The notes beneath the pieces are model-generated. The model saw only the letters and a program-made list of their open reading frames with translations. It ran no database searches and was not told the origin of the DNA. This document shows positions 28,359 to 38,538 of a stretch of DNA of 56,673 bases, piece after piece. The stretch lies in the IMG/VR virus record IMGVR_UViG_3300020050_012089; one strand, given 5' to 3'. The DNA comes from a virus. Each line of letters starts with the position of its first letter. Positions within the stretch are counted from its first letter, which is position 1. Position numbers and translations under genes: made by a program.

Positions 28359-28667
28359 CTAAAAGCACCAAATGTCTACAACAACATCAGCACTGCAATT
28401 TAAAATTAAAGTTAAGTTCTTTAGCTTATTGGAATCTTGTGAATCCCAGATTATACTATTCGCTCTTTTACGTACTATAATGTAACCTTGAAGGTCTCTT
28501 CCTAATTTGTGAGAAACTTCGTTAGCACCAGTAGTTAGTGCAATATTTTTTAGTAAATTTCCATTTAATATTGCTTTATTTCCAATTTCTTCAAACACCG
28601 AACTAACATTTTCTTGGAACTTTGACACCGTTTCGTCTTCAATTCCAATTTTCTTGAAAGCCTTCAT
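28359..28667 (-). CDS. virion-block hypothetical protein (102 aa)
   Basis: ORF with a 1-nt overlap with the upstream gene. Confidence 0.45.
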   Translation of the reverse strand: MKAFKKIGIEDETVSKFQENVSSVFEEIGNKAILNGNLLKNIALTTGANEVSHKLGRDLQGYIIVRKRANSIIWDSQDSNKLKNLTLILNCSADVVVDIWCF

Positions 28668-29344
28668 TATTTAATCCACCAGTAGTCATTTTCAACACTA
28701 ACGTCTGAAACTGTACTAGGTTTTGAAGCGTCTCTATTCGCTGCTTTATCTTGTATTCTTTTTCTTAAATCTGCCTTTTGTGCCATGAGCACGCTTACGT
28801 CAGATTCTTCTTTTTGCATGCATTTGATTGCTGCATCAGTAATAACATACTCTGAGTATGCATTAAGGTCATCGAGAGTGTCACTATCTGCAACTAGTTT
28901 TGTAGCAACGGGTCTATACCAAATTTGCACATTAGTACTGCCATCTGGAATTGGGCTAAACATAATTTTGTTGCCTAGTAATCTGTAACGAATAGATGGC
29001 AACCCCAACACACTCCACGTCCCAACATTTTGAAACCTGTTTCGTTCGTTAAAGTTGAACTTATCTACTGTGCTCCACTCATTGCCGTTTAAATTTACAT
29101 CAACACCTTTTAGGTCGTAAAAGTCTGCTGGCAACGCATACTGAGTTTGATTAGCAACGGTAGAAAATTGGTAAGGGTCTGCAACGCCATACTCAGAACC
29201 ATACGCTTCTAAAAGCAGGTCCCAAAGTTCAGCAATTGAATTATTAATATAAGTAGTAAGTTCTGGGTCAGTAATAAAAGCAGACTTTTCTTGGTCGGCT
29301 CTTTGTCTAACCTGAGTTCTTAGTTCTAAAAGTGTAATAGACAT
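28667..29344 (-). CDS. putative head-tail adaptor / connector-associated protein (225 aa)
   Basis: N-terminal LLELRTQVRQRAD...ITDPELTTYINNSIAELWDLL resembles phage adaptor proteins; called mainly on position. Confidence 0.4.
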   Translation of the reverse strand: MSITLLELRTQVRQRADQEKSAFITDPELTTYINNSIAELWDLLLEAYGSEYGVADPYQFSTVANQTQYALPADFYDLKGVDVNLNGNEWSTVDKFNFNERNRFQNVGTWSVLGLPSIRYRLLGNKIMFSPIPDGSTNVQIWYRPVATKLVADSDTLDDLNAYSEYVITDAAIKCMQKEESDVSVLMAQKADLRKRIQDKAANRDASKPSTVSDVSVENDYWWIK

Positions 29345-29407
29345 TTTAACCTTTGGAGAAATGTGAGGGCGCTGCTCTATTGGTTAGTCGCAGCACCCAC
29401 ACAAAAT

Positions 29408-29659
29408 TTAATCTTCGATTTCACTTTCTTCGTATTCGTCCATGCACATAGAAACAAATGACTGCAAAGCATCTTTCATGCCTCTCAAATCTTTTTTCTC
29501 TAGAGACATGACAAACTCGTCCATAGCTACATCTTTAGCATCTGGGTCTGCAATTTCCGCTCCGTCTTGTTTTGGTGCTTCAACTGTTTTCTCAGGTTGC
29601 TTTTTCAACTTAGATATAATCATGGTTGCAATGTTTTTCTTATCGTCTCTCATAAACAT
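29408..29659 (-). CDS. small acidic hypothetical protein (83 aa)
   Basis: ORF in the head module; acidic C-terminus. Confidence 0.45.
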   Translation of the reverse strand: MFMRDDKKNIATMIISKLKKQPEKTVEAPKQDGAEIADPDAKDVAMDEFVMSLEKKDLRGMKDALQSFVSMCMDEYEESEIED

Positions 29660-29669
29660 GGTGTTATCC

Positions 29670-30071
29670 TTATCTGCTTAAAGTGCTACGTCTTAGGCAA
29701 ATTTTCACAAGCAAACGAGTACCTGAAGCAGCGTTAACAGCAGCTAAAGCTTCGTCGTACAATTGGATTTTAAAAGTTTTATCAGCTTTGAAATCTGTTT
29801 GAAGTGAAGCAGGAGCTTCCAAAATTTCTACAGTAGCAATTCCAGATGCAGAAGCAGCGAGTACAGGCATAACTTCAACAAACAAAACTTTGTTATATTT
29901 ATCAGAAACAGCAATTGAATACTGACCAGCAGTAGATTCTTTCACAACTGAAGCAATACCAAGACCGCTTGAACTTGAAACAGCGCCTGAAGCACCGATG
30001 TTAATTTCTGCGAACAACTGTACAATATCAGCTTCGCAACTATAGTTTCTATTTTTATACATTCTAGACAT
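29670..30071 (-). CDS. head-module protein (133 aa), possible capsid decoration/cement protein
   Basis: Beta-rich small ORF next after the capsid gene (separated by the HNH insertion). Position-based guess. Confidence 0.35.
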   Translation of the reverse strand: MSRMYKNRNYSCEADIVQLFAEINIGASGAVSSSSGLGIASVVKESTAGQYSIAVSDKYNKVLFVEVMPVLAASASGIATVEILEAPASLQTDFKADKTFKIQLYDEALAAVNAASGTRLLVKICLRRSTLSR

Positions 30072-30121
30072 AAAGTCCCCTTTTTCGGTCTCATAAACCG
30101 CGTTAAGGGGCTTATAAGAGC

Positions 30122-30742
30122 TTAGGTATCGTTATTGACACCTTTTTTATTTTTTAATTGATGTTCGCTTAGCCGCTGAATCTTTTCCATAAAGTCTTCA
30201 ACATTCATATTACTCTTAGCTACATTACAGAAAGTACAGCAAGTAACTAAATTCTTTTTTGCATACCCTTTATTAGGGTCTAACCTATCAAGCCCATTAT
30301 ATTGAATCCACCCAGCATCATATCTTTCCTGTTTTACAGGATAAGCGTCTCTGGTAAAATTCACTCTTCTCTCTGGACTTATTCCACAATAAAAGCAATT
30401 TTGAAAAATCATTTTCTTAAAAAGCTCTAAATTAACTTTAAAAGAGAATCCTCTTTTCTTCGCTCCTACTTTATATTTAGTATATAACCTACTAATAGTA
30501 TGATTGACTGGGTCTCTAGTAGCTTTACTTTTTCCAATATTACCTATTGTACTTTTTAATATTCCACATTCAATGCAACTTGTGGATTTACCACTCATTA
30601 AATTATAGGCTCTTACTATCGAAGTTTTACCGCATTCACATTTACATTTAAAAAAGATAATCTTATTTTCGTCCGTATGAGAATGTTCTTCAACAATCCA
30701 TCTTCCTATCTTTTTACCTAATAGCTTAAAATACTTACTCAT
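30122..30742 (-). CDS. HNH-type homing endonuclease (free-standing)
   Basis: N-terminal Cys clusters (CKCECG, CIECG) and GLDRLDPNKGYAKKNLVTCCTFCNVAKSN, typical of phage HNH endonucleases. Inserted after the capsid gene. Confidence 0.7.
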   Translation of the reverse strand: MSKYFKLLGKKIGRWIVEEHSHTDENKIIFFKCKCECGKTSIVRAYNLMSGKSTSCIECGILKSTIGNIGKSKATRDPVNHTISRLYTKYKVGAKKRGFSFKVNLELFKKMIFQNCFYCGISPERRVNFTRDAYPVKQERYDAGWIQYNGLDRLDPNKGYAKKNLVTCCTFCNVAKSNMNVEDFMEKIQRLSEHQLKNKKGVNNDT

Positions 30743-30762
30743 AATTTGCCTCCCTATAATTC

Positions 30763-30791
30763 ATTATATTATAGAGAGGACTTTTTTTCAA
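30763..30791 (-). promoter_or_regulatory. near-consensus sigma-70-type promoter TTGAAA-N17-TATAAT upstream of the HNH gene
   Basis: Minus strand reads TTGAAA, 17 nt, TATAAT, then AGGGAGG SD and ATG at 30742. Confidence 0.5.
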
Positions 30792-30840
30792 GGATTATTA
30801 CACATAATAATTACTACACGAAAAATCGCGTAAGTTATTG

Positions 30841-32052
30841 TTATGCTAAAGCAATACGGCAATTATACCCTGGGGCGACGCACCCAATCTGGGCATAATA
30901 ATGGATTCTCAATTGAACACCATCAGCAGCACTTTGTCTTAACAACTTTGTACCATCAGTATCAAATACAGTTGGGCATGGGCCTAAGCTGTAAAGTTTC
31001 CAAGTATCAAGTTGTAGAAGGTAAGCGATGTCGTTAGGGCAGTTTTGGTCTGGCATTACTTTTACAGGGCCTTTTGGTCCGTGAACCATTACACCTTTAA
31101 AGCTTACAAATGCGTCACCAGTTTTCACTGCTTCGTCAATGTAATTTACTTTAGAACCTAAGCTGTCTACTAGCTCATTCCATCTGTTGTAGTTTAAGAA
31201 CAAGTGAGTTGGTCTTCCACCTTCTCTTGCAACTCTGTTAATTGCACCAGAAATAGCTTGTTCGATTGGTTGCGCAGAGCCATCATAACGAATTCCACCA
31301 AGTCTTGTTGCATCTGCAGTTCTAACAACTGAGAAGAAAGGAGTTGCTGAAACAGTTGCAGGCAACCAAGCAGCTAAACCTTTAATTTTTGCATCATAGT
31401 CACCTTGTTGGATGATATAATCGTTAGCAGCAATACCAGTACCACCGTCGATTGCTGTAGCAGCATCAATAGTAAGAACACCAGTGTCTCTGTTAACACC
31501 TGTTACAGTAACTGTACCAGATTTTACAGCACCACCACCATCAGCAGTAGAGAAAGTAAGTTCCATTCCAAGTTCAAAGTTTGTAACGTCTTCAACTTGC
31601 TTCAAAGTGACTGAAGTACCAGTTGTAGAGCTTAAGCTTTGTCCAATAGAACCAGAACCGCTTCTGTACATAGCGATTGCAAGTGAACGTTTAATTGAGT
31701 TGATTGCTCCGTCCATTTCAGTTGTGAATGCAGATGCAAATGCAGCAGCATTACCTTCTGAAGCTTTTAGAGTTTCGTTATCAATTGAAGCAATAGAGTG
31801 GTCTTTTGCTCTTGTTAATACGAAATCTTCAACTCTTGAGCTAGTGTCTTGAGCAATAGCAGTTGAGAAAGTAGCAGAACGGTTTTGCGGGTTACCATAA
31901 ATTAAAGCGATTGGTAAGTTTTTACCGTTAAAGCTTTCCATTTTTGGCATAAGCGCGAGTAGTGGGTTATCTTGATATACAAGGTTTTTAACTCTGTTCT
32001 CAGAGTAGTTTACCTTTAAAAACGATTCAAACGACGTCATATCTAATGACAT
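30841..32052 (-). CDS. major capsid protein
   Basis: 403-aa ORF immediately downstream of the scaffold-like gene in a TerL-portal-scaffold-capsid order; strong AGGAGAC SD. Confidence 0.7.
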   Translation of the reverse strand: MSLDMTSFESFLKVNYSENRVKNLVYQDNPLLALMPKMESFNGKNLPIALIYGNPQNRSATFSTAIAQDTSSRVEDFVLTRAKDHSIASIDNETLKASEGNAAAFASAFTTEMDGAINSIKRSLAIAMYRSGSGSIGQSLSSTTGTSVTLKQVEDVTNFELGMELTFSTADGGGAVKSGTVTVTGVNRDTGVLTIDAATAIDGGTGIAANDYIIQQGDYDAKIKGLAAWLPATVSATPFFSVVRTADATRLGGIRYDGSAQPIEQAISGAINRVAREGGRPTHLFLNYNRWNELVDSLGSKVNYIDEAVKTGDAFVSFKGVMVHGPKGPVKVMPDQNCPNDIAYLLQLDTWKLYSLGPCPTVFDTDGTKLLRQSAADGVQLRIHYYAQIGCVAPGYNCRIALA

Positions 32053-32128
32053 AAAAGTCTCCTAAGTAATGTGGATTGTAACTCTCCATCATTGTAAAGT
32101 TTAATAATAATAATTGTTTAGGCTGGTA

Positions 32129-33058
32129 TTACTCTTTGTTCCAGCGTAAAAGCTTTAAGCTTTCTGCTAGTAACTCATCTCGCGTTTGATAGCGACTTTC
32201 TTCACCTGGAACCGCTTGCGATTGCGTATTGCTCAAGGTAATAGACGCTTGTTTATCGTTCTTTTGCTCTAATTTAGCCGGGCTTGCACCAACTAGCTTT
32301 TGAATTTTGCTTAACCCTACGTACTTTTTCGCTTCACTGAGTAAATGCTCTTCGACTTGTGCCGCAGCTTCCTCAATTTTTAAAAACTCACCAAGGCCTG
32401 TTTCTGGGTCCTTAGTGTTTTCCCAATGCTCAGTTATGACTTCGTAAACCAGTTCCTGTGCATCATTTGTATTTATAAGTTCAAACTCTTCTTTTCCGTG
32501 TAAACTATTTTTAATTGTATCTTTAAACTGCTGAATTTGTGCTTCAGCTTGTTTTGTTTCTTGCTCTTCTCGTTGCTTTTTTTCCGATTCTTCTTTTTCT
32601 TGCAACTTTCTTTCTAGAGCAGCGATTTTAGATTCCACACTACTTTGCAACTCTTCTTGCTGCATTTTTGCTTGCATGCTTTCTGGGAGTTTCCCGTCAT
32701 TTAATGCAATGTTAATAATAGTGTCTAGGTCAAATCCTTGTTCTTTTAGGGTTCCGAATAAATCTTGCTTAAGTCTTTTTTCAAACGGAAGCTTTGGTGC
32801 TTCTTCAACTTTAGGGTTTAATCTTTCTTGCTCCATAGCCTGAATTTTAGCTTCACGTTCTGCAATTGCTTTTTCTCTAGCAGCTATTGCCTTGTCTCTT
32901 CTATTTAGTGCAGCAAACTTTGAGGCAAACTTATCATCTTGCGGTGCAAGTTTTTCTTCTACTTTTGGTGCTTCAGGTGCTTTTGCAACCTGCTCACCTG
33001 CTACTACTGTTTGCTCAACTACTGCTTCAGCGCCTGTAGCGCCTTGTGAATTTTCCAT
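32129..33058 (-). CDS. scaffolding protein
   Basis: 309 aa, very Glu/Lys/Gln/Ala-rich and helical-looking, between the portal and capsid genes. Confidence 0.6.
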   Translation of the reverse strand: MENSQGATGAEAVVEQTVVAGEQVAKAPEAPKVEEKLAPQDDKFASKFAALNRRDKAIAAREKAIAEREAKIQAMEQERLNPKVEEAPKLPFEKRLKQDLFGTLKEQGFDLDTIINIALNDGKLPESMQAKMQQEELQSSVESKIAALERKLQEKEESEKKQREEQETKQAEAQIQQFKDTIKNSLHGKEEFELINTNDAQELVYEVITEHWENTKDPETGLGEFLKIEEAAAQVEEHLLSEAKKYVGLSKIQKLVGASPAKLEQKNDKQASITLSNTQSQAVPGEESRYQTRDELLAESLKLLRWNKE

Positions 33059-33084
33059 TATGTCCCCTTATTACTTAATGCGTT

Positions 33085-33109
33085 AAAAACGCGCCTATTC
33101 TATATAGGC
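33085..33109 (-). terminator. hairpin plus T-run after the portal gene
   Basis: Minus strand: GCCTAT-ATAGA-ATAGGC, then GCG, then TTTTT. The stem is only 6 bp. Confidence 0.35.
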
Positions 33110-33137
33110 TCTGTGTCGTATTTGTATAGTGAATTTG

Positions 33138-35060
33138 TTATGCAATAGGCATAGTTACGTCTGTAGGTATTTGACTGTCTACCAGTGCCTCTGGTTGTGC
33201 AAATTGACCAGGAGCAGGCAATTCAGAACCTGGAGGTGGCATAGAAGCGGCGTTTGCAGCATTCTGAGCTTCCATTTCTGCTTGCATTTGCTGCTTTTGC
33301 ACTTCCATAGTTGCACGTTCCATGATTGCTTTAGCGTCCTCTATCCAACGTCTAAATAGTTCTAATCGCTCTTCAGGAGCACCTTTCGACCTAAACAGAA
33401 GATACGCTTGTTGCATTTTTACAATACCGTACTCAAGGTTTTGGTATGGTTCTGGAGTGTTATAGTCCCCGTCATCTATCATTTTTTCTATTGCACGTTC
33501 AATGTCTTCAATACCAGCGTTATTGTAGTTGTAGAAACCTTGTAAGTCAGGGAAATCTAGAAGTTTCATTGCATCTTCCTTAGACACAAACCCTGCTTGA
33601 ATTAATTCTTGCACATCTTGCAAACGAGAAGCCGGGCTAGAAGATAAAGCGCTGGTAGGAAACATAGACATAACATATTGGTCTTCATCTAGTTCCACAT
33701 CTTTCCATTTGATGGTCTGCAAAAAGCTCTTACCTTTTACTTTTAATTTGTAGCCGTCAGAAGCATTTTCAGATTCAGATGTTTTAATTTCTTCATCAAT
33801 TTCTTTAGCTAAATCAATCATGATTCTAGTAGCATCCAAAAACACTTTTTCATAGCGTTGTGCTACAGACATAAAGCGTTCTGTTTCTAGGTCGTTGTAT
33901 TCTCTTAGTGCTTTTCCTGAGTTTAATCCAGCAGGTTTAGCAGAAGTAGCAGACAACTGAGAAATACCAGCAATTTCATAAGCACGTTGGTAAAGTCTAT
34001 CTAAATGTGAGAAAAGTTCTGGTGGAATACTTCCTAAAGCACTAGGAATAGGAGGTTGACCAGCGTACTTAATAATGCCGCCAATTTTATTGTCAATGTG
34101 CGAGTCTACAATTTTAGAACTTGCTTCAATAAATATTTTTGGAATACTTACTAAGTGCATACTTACTTGAATTGTTTTTAGAATTTTATTAATTTCAAGT
34201 TGTAGGCCCTGAAGCTGTTCACTTAGTCCTTGTCCAAAGAACCCTAATGGCCTTACTCCCCAACGGAAAAACACAAACGGGAAATAGTCTTTTTCATATG
34301 TTTCTTGGAACAAAGTTTCATTTTCAATGCTAATCGCGTGCTTACCGTCTTTTGCTTTTGGGCCAGACTTTAAGTGCCATGATTCTGTTACTAGTAGTAG
34401 GTTGTTGCTATTTTCGGATGCACTGAAATAAGTAGCCTTATTACTAGAAGCAACCATGATTGCAGACTTCTTATTTGGAAACATTTGAATCAGTATGTCT
34501 CTGTGAATAAACTTCTTTTGGTGCATTTGACGTGGGTCACCATAGAAAGACTCTTTATCATCAACTACAATTTCGTCAATAAACACACGCTCAACTTTAA
34601 TTTCACTATTTTCTTTGAAAATCTTTAAGCACCCAGTACCAAAGATAGCAGAGTCCTGGAAAGCGATAACGGCCTTAGCATAAAAATCTGTAGCCTGGAA
34701 TTGTCCTTCAGCAAATTGTGTTAATTTCTTTGCTCTAGTCTGCTGGCTCCAATCGCCGCCCTCAGTTAAGAAAGTAGGTTTAGGCTTGTTTTTGCCTATC
34801 TTAGACACCACAGTATCAATCATTGATTGCACAATATTAAGAGTTATGCGATTCTGAGTAGAAACTGAGTTTTCATTTTTAAGGTATTGGTATGAACGTA
34901 AGTTGTACAAGTCAAAGTTACCGTACATTTTCATAAATTTGAAGTTTTCCGCTTGCCTGTAGCTTTGGTCTGTATCCAAATGCTTAATATAAGCAAAAAC
35001 AGACTCGTGAATTTTACTAGCAGATTGTGCCCACCAACGGTAAGGTATAGATTCAGACAT
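33138..35060 (-). CDS. portal protein
   Basis: 640-aa ORF downstream of TerL and upstream of scaffold/capsid. Called on size and synteny. Confidence 0.65.
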   Translation of the reverse strand: MSESIPYRWWAQSASKIHESVFAYIKHLDTDQSYRQAENFKFMKMYGNFDLYNLRSYQYLKNENSVSTQNRITLNIVQSMIDTVVSKIGKNKPKPTFLTEGGDWSQQTRAKKLTQFAEGQFQATDFYAKAVIAFQDSAIFGTGCLKIFKENSEIKVERVFIDEIVVDDKESFYGDPRQMHQKKFIHRDILIQMFPNKKSAIMVASSNKATYFSASENSNNLLLVTESWHLKSGPKAKDGKHAISIENETLFQETYEKDYFPFVFFRWGVRPLGFFGQGLSEQLQGLQLEINKILKTIQVSMHLVSIPKIFIEASSKIVDSHIDNKIGGIIKYAGQPPIPSALGSIPPELFSHLDRLYQRAYEIAGISQLSATSAKPAGLNSGKALREYNDLETERFMSVAQRYEKVFLDATRIMIDLAKEIDEEIKTSESENASDGYKLKVKGKSFLQTIKWKDVELDEDQYVMSMFPTSALSSSPASRLQDVQELIQAGFVSKEDAMKLLDFPDLQGFYNYNNAGIEDIERAIEKMIDDGDYNTPEPYQNLEYGIVKMQQAYLLFRSKGAPEERLELFRRWIEDAKAIMERATMEVQKQQMQAEMEAQNAANAASMPPPGSELPAPGQFAQPEALVDSQIPTDVTMPIA

Positions 35061-35068
35061 TTATATTC

Positions 35069-35299
35069 CTACGGTCTTGCTGACCACATTAGAAGCTCTT
35101 CGTCGTCTTGCGATTCAGAGGTTGTAGTTTGAGATTCACTGTTAGGTTGTGTTTGGCTTTGTGTAATACTAGAGTAGGCTTCAGGTAGTAGAGCAACGTT
35201 ACTCATTTCTGCTTCAACGTCCCCAACTTTAATTCTTGCTATTTTTTCGCTTTTTGCCCATAAAATAAAGGCTTTTAGCTCTTCAACTGTTTTAAACAC
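35069..35299 (-). CDS. hypothetical protein (76 aa)
   Basis: GTG-start ORF between TerL and portal; acidic Ser/Thr/Gln-rich C-terminus. Confidence 0.4.
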   Translation of the reverse strand: MFKTVEELKAFILWAKSEKIARIKVGDVEAEMSNVALLPEAYSSITQSQTQPNSESQTTTSESQDDEELLMWSARP

Positions 35300-35342
35300 C
35301 TGTAACTCCTGTAGAATAAAGTAAATTTGTTATGTTTAGGGC

Positions 35343-36791
35343 TTAATAGTCATCTGAGGTAATGAAATCTATGTCTGAAGGGTCTGCTTCGTTGCTATGG
35401 TCCCTATTTGCATCTTCCATTTTTTTGCATAGCATTTCTTCGATATGGTCTGACCAGTTATCGTCATTTAGCCCTGGTTTTTCTGCTTTTGTCTCCGCTA
35501 AGAAGTGGCGGCACTCTCTCCAGGCATAAAGCACAGCATCGTTAATGTCGGAGTGGTAAGCGTCTGAAATCTTTAGTTTCTGCTGAGACACTGTCTTCTG
35601 GCTTCTATCCCACTGCACAAGGTAGCAGTCTTCTTCGAACCTTGACCCTGGCTTTGCTTTAAATTTTTCAGTTCTGAGGTCATCGTTTAAAAGCTCGATA
35701 AACTCTAATTTTCTTGCCTTGTCTGCTGCCTCAACATACAGCGTATGCCTCTGAGTAATTTCCTCTTGAATTTTTTTACCTAGGGCTCCAGCGTCCATAA
35801 CCATTTTTATAGGTTTATACTTATCTTGTAGTTTCTTAATTTGATTTACAAGGGATGTTATATCTTGACGGTCTTTTATAAGTTCCTCTACAAGATACAC
35901 ATTTTTAGTTAAATAGCTGTAACCTAGAACTGCAATGGCATCAGAGTCATTGTATCCTATATCTATACCAAAAATATACTCTAGTTTCTCGTTAGGGTTT
36001 GGCAATCCTACATTCTTATCTTTTGCAAACTTAAATACTAAAGCATCAGGGTCATAAACCCAGCGACCAAACGTTTCTCTAATGTAGCCTGGGTCCTCTT
36101 CACTGATACCTTTTACTGCACGTTCTTCTGCTAGTGTTGCCTCTAAGTCTCCCATGTGTGGGTTATCGAAGGCCGTCCAGTGATGCTGTTCCCATAGTTC
36201 AGAATGCACGTATTCGTAAAAAGCACCAGAAGGAATAGGGCCTGGAGTGCCTGTAATGCGAAGGTCCCCTCTCAAGTCTCTAAGTGCAGGCATAATAATG
36301 TCATTTACAAGATACTTTAGATACGGTCTAAAGCTCTGACCTTCATCTATAACGCATTTACGAACCTTTAAACCCCTATATAATTCACATTGAGTTTCGT
36401 CTTTTGCTCCACCAAGTCTAATGATACTGCCTGTTTTTATAAACTTCATTTCCATGCGCGTGTCATCGGTCTTAACTTGTATGTTGTGCTCTTCTACAAT
36501 GCGTTTTAATTCAGGCCATAAAATTTGTCTAGCTGAGCGAGACGTAACCGTAATGTACAAACAAAGTACATTCATTTCTTTTTCACAGCATTCTATGAAT
36601 TCTGCTGCTATACTAGTTGTTTTACCTGCTCTACGAGATGTGCAAGCAGTTTTAAACCTAGATTTAGATTCTATATACTTTAGTTGAGCAGGAAAGCAAA
36701 AAGAATTAAGAGAAAAGGACTTTGCAGTACCTGTTCGGCGCTGCAATTCCATGAATAGCTTTTCTTCTATAGTCTTTTTGTTTTTAGCCAT
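35343..36791 (-). CDS. terL: terminase large subunit
   Basis: Walker A RRAGKTT, Walker B CVIDEGQ, C-terminal nuclease-like acidic motifs (GIDIGYNDSDA). Confidence 0.85.
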   Translation of the reverse strand: MAKNKKTIEEKLFMELQRRTGTAKSFSLNSFCFPAQLKYIESKSRFKTACTSRRAGKTTSIAAEFIECCEKEMNVLCLYITVTSRSARQILWPELKRIVEEHNIQVKTDDTRMEMKFIKTGSIIRLGGAKDETQCELYRGLKVRKCVIDEGQSFRPYLKYLVNDIIMPALRDLRGDLRITGTPGPIPSGAFYEYVHSELWEQHHWTAFDNPHMGDLEATLAEERAVKGISEEDPGYIRETFGRWVYDPDALVFKFAKDKNVGLPNPNEKLEYIFGIDIGYNDSDAIAVLGYSYLTKNVYLVEELIKDRQDITSLVNQIKKLQDKYKPIKMVMDAGALGKKIQEEITQRHTLYVEAADKARKLEFIELLNDDLRTEKFKAKPGSRFEEDCYLVQWDRSQKTVSQQKLKISDAYHSDINDAVLYAWRECRHFLAETKAEKPGLNDDNWSDHIEEMLCKKMEDANRDHSNEADPSDIDFITSDDY

Positions 36792-37090
36792 TATTTACTA
36801 GCAGATGCTTTCGCTGCTTTTGGAGCTTCAGAAGCTTTCGATTCTGCCTTAGGTGCATCTTCATTATCCAACTTTAAGTAAGCAATGTTTGTATACGGCA
36901 CAATAACTGTATCAAATTTTTGCACACCTTGAGCAGCGTTGTAAGGATGAATAATTTCTACCCCGATACCATCTACAAGTCTCATTTTATAACCTGCACG
37001 TCTTGGGTCATAAATATTTACATAATCCATTACCCCGATACTGCCTGAAAACCTTACTACTTGGTAAGTTTTAATTTCTTTTACTTTCAT
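36791..37090 (-). CDS. hypothetical protein (99 aa); a small terminase role cannot be supported
   Basis: ORF directly upstream of TerL (TAATG overlap); Lys/Ala/Ser-rich tail. Confidence 0.4.
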   Translation of the reverse strand: MKVKEIKTYQVVRFSGSIGVMDYVNIYDPRRAGYKMRLVDGIGVEIIHPYNAAQGVQKFDTVIVPYTNIAYLKLDNEDAPKAESKASEAPKAAKASASK

Positions 37091-37092
37091 AA

Positions 37093-37836
37093 TTACTCCT
37101 TTGTTTCAATTATTCTTAATGCGTTTGTAAATAATGGACATTTGCTATACTCAGCATCTAAGCTGAAAAACATTAGATTTATAGTTGAAATTTCTGTGCT
37201 TTTAATTAACTCATCAGTGCACTTAATAGAGATGATGCGGTCAGCAGCTTTTTGAGTAATTGTATTGGGTCCATAAATCCACAACTCATCTCTAGATTTT
37301 TCTTTATAATCCTTAAGCTCCATTCCCATTCTGTCAGCATTCTTTTGTTCCATGTCTGTAATGATAGACTTCCAAAATGCTAATTGTGATTCCACCTCAC
37401 CATCATTAAACTGACCTTCAAAACCACCAGCAGCTCTATGAAACATGAGTACACCGTTTTCTAAAATTAAACGCTCTCCAGGTAAGTGCTCTACAATTGC
37501 AGAGCCCATAGATGCAGCAAAGATTGTAATTGTATGTAAATTTTTAATTGATTTTGCAAATTGAATAAAGCTTAGGCCGTCCTGCACATTTCCACCCGGA
37601 GTATCAAGTACTAGGTAAATTGGATAATCTTTTTTACCTCTAAGAGTGTCTAGTCTAGCTAACTCAAGCATAGCTGCAGTAGTAGAAACAGAATCCACTA
37701 CACCTCTAAAATTAACTACATTTTCTTCTTTAAGTAGTACAGTACCGTCTTGATTTTTTGTAGAACTTCCGACTACGCTAACCGAAGAACTGAGTAACGC
37801 ACAAAATAGCATAAAGCATATTAATAATTTATTCAT
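37093..37836 (-). CDS. ClpP/S14-like serine protease with N-terminal signal peptide
   Basis: Signal-like MNKLLICFMLFCALLSSSVSVVG; LDTPGG, catalytic-Ser context AASMGS, His context LMFH. Confidence 0.6.
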   Translation of the reverse strand: MNKLLICFMLFCALLSSSVSVVGSSTKNQDGTVLLKEENVVNFRGVVDSVSTTAAMLELARLDTLRGKKDYPIYLVLDTPGGNVQDGLSFIQFAKSIKNLHTITIFAASMGSAIVEHLPGERLILENGVLMFHRAAGGFEGQFNDGEVESQLAFWKSIITDMEQKNADRMGMELKDYKEKSRDELWIYGPNTITQKAADRIISIKCTDELIKSTEISTINLMFFSLDAEYSKCPLFTNALRIIETKE

Positions 37837-38029
37837 TTTTTCCCTCTATTAGTTTCTGATTCTGCTCAAATAAAACTTTGTTTGCGTTCTGGTTATCAAT
37901 TGCAATAATCATTTGCTGGATAAGCATGTTTATCAACTGATTTTTAGAATAAGTTTTAAAGGTTTTTCTTAAAATTTGAATATTGTCTTCAATATCCATA
38001 TCTACTTGTTGTTGGTTGTCTGTTTTCAT
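37829..38029 (-). CDS. hypothetical protein (66 aa)
   Basis: ORF between the two ClpP-like genes. Confidence 0.4.
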   Translation of the reverse strand: MKTDNQQQVDMDIEDNIQILRKTFKTYSKNQLINMLIQQMIIAIDNQNANKVLFEQNQKLIEGKNE

Positions 38030-38037
38030 GGTGCTCC

Positions 38038-38538
38038 TTATATAATTTCATCTATAACGTTTAATTCTAGGCATTGTGCAGCACTTAAATACAATTCGTT
38101 TTTGCTGGCAGCTTTTCTCCAAAATTCTGAGTTTTTGTTGCTGAACTCTGCCATGTGCTTGTTCCAAAATTGCTCTTCTCTTCGCGCTTGCCTAATTTCT
38201 AATTCAAGTTCTGTTAATGTACCTTCAATTTCCAAAGAAGATTCATGATGCATAACCCAAGCGTACTTACTCATTTTTCGCTTTTTACCACACGCAAGCA
38301 CTAGTAAAGCAGAACTACCAACGGTTCCAAAACCTTCAGTAGTAATGTGTGCAGGACTCGCTACAATGCGGCCGACAATAGCTAGTCCATCAGACATATT
38401 TCCACCGTCGCTATTAATGCGAATAGTGATATTATCATGACTACTGCTTTCCATTTCCGATAACTCTCTATCTACCATTGCAAAAGTTTCTTCGGAAATG
38501 TCTCCGTTTATAAGCACCACTCTAGGACTTTGGCTCAT
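38038..38538 (-). CDS. ClpP/S14-like protease, candidate prohead maturation protease
   Basis: INSDGGNMSDG, Ser context GTVGSSA, His context VMHHES. ATG 38538 with AAGGA SD (track start 38568). Confidence 0.6.
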   Translation of the reverse strand: MSQSPRVVLINGDISEETFAMVDRELSEMESSSHDNITIRINSDGGNMSDGLAIVGRIVASPAHITTEGFGTVGSSALLVLACGKKRKMSKYAWVMHHESSLEIEGTLTELELEIRQARREEQFWNKHMAEFSNKNSEFWRKAASKNELYLSAAQCLELNVIDEII

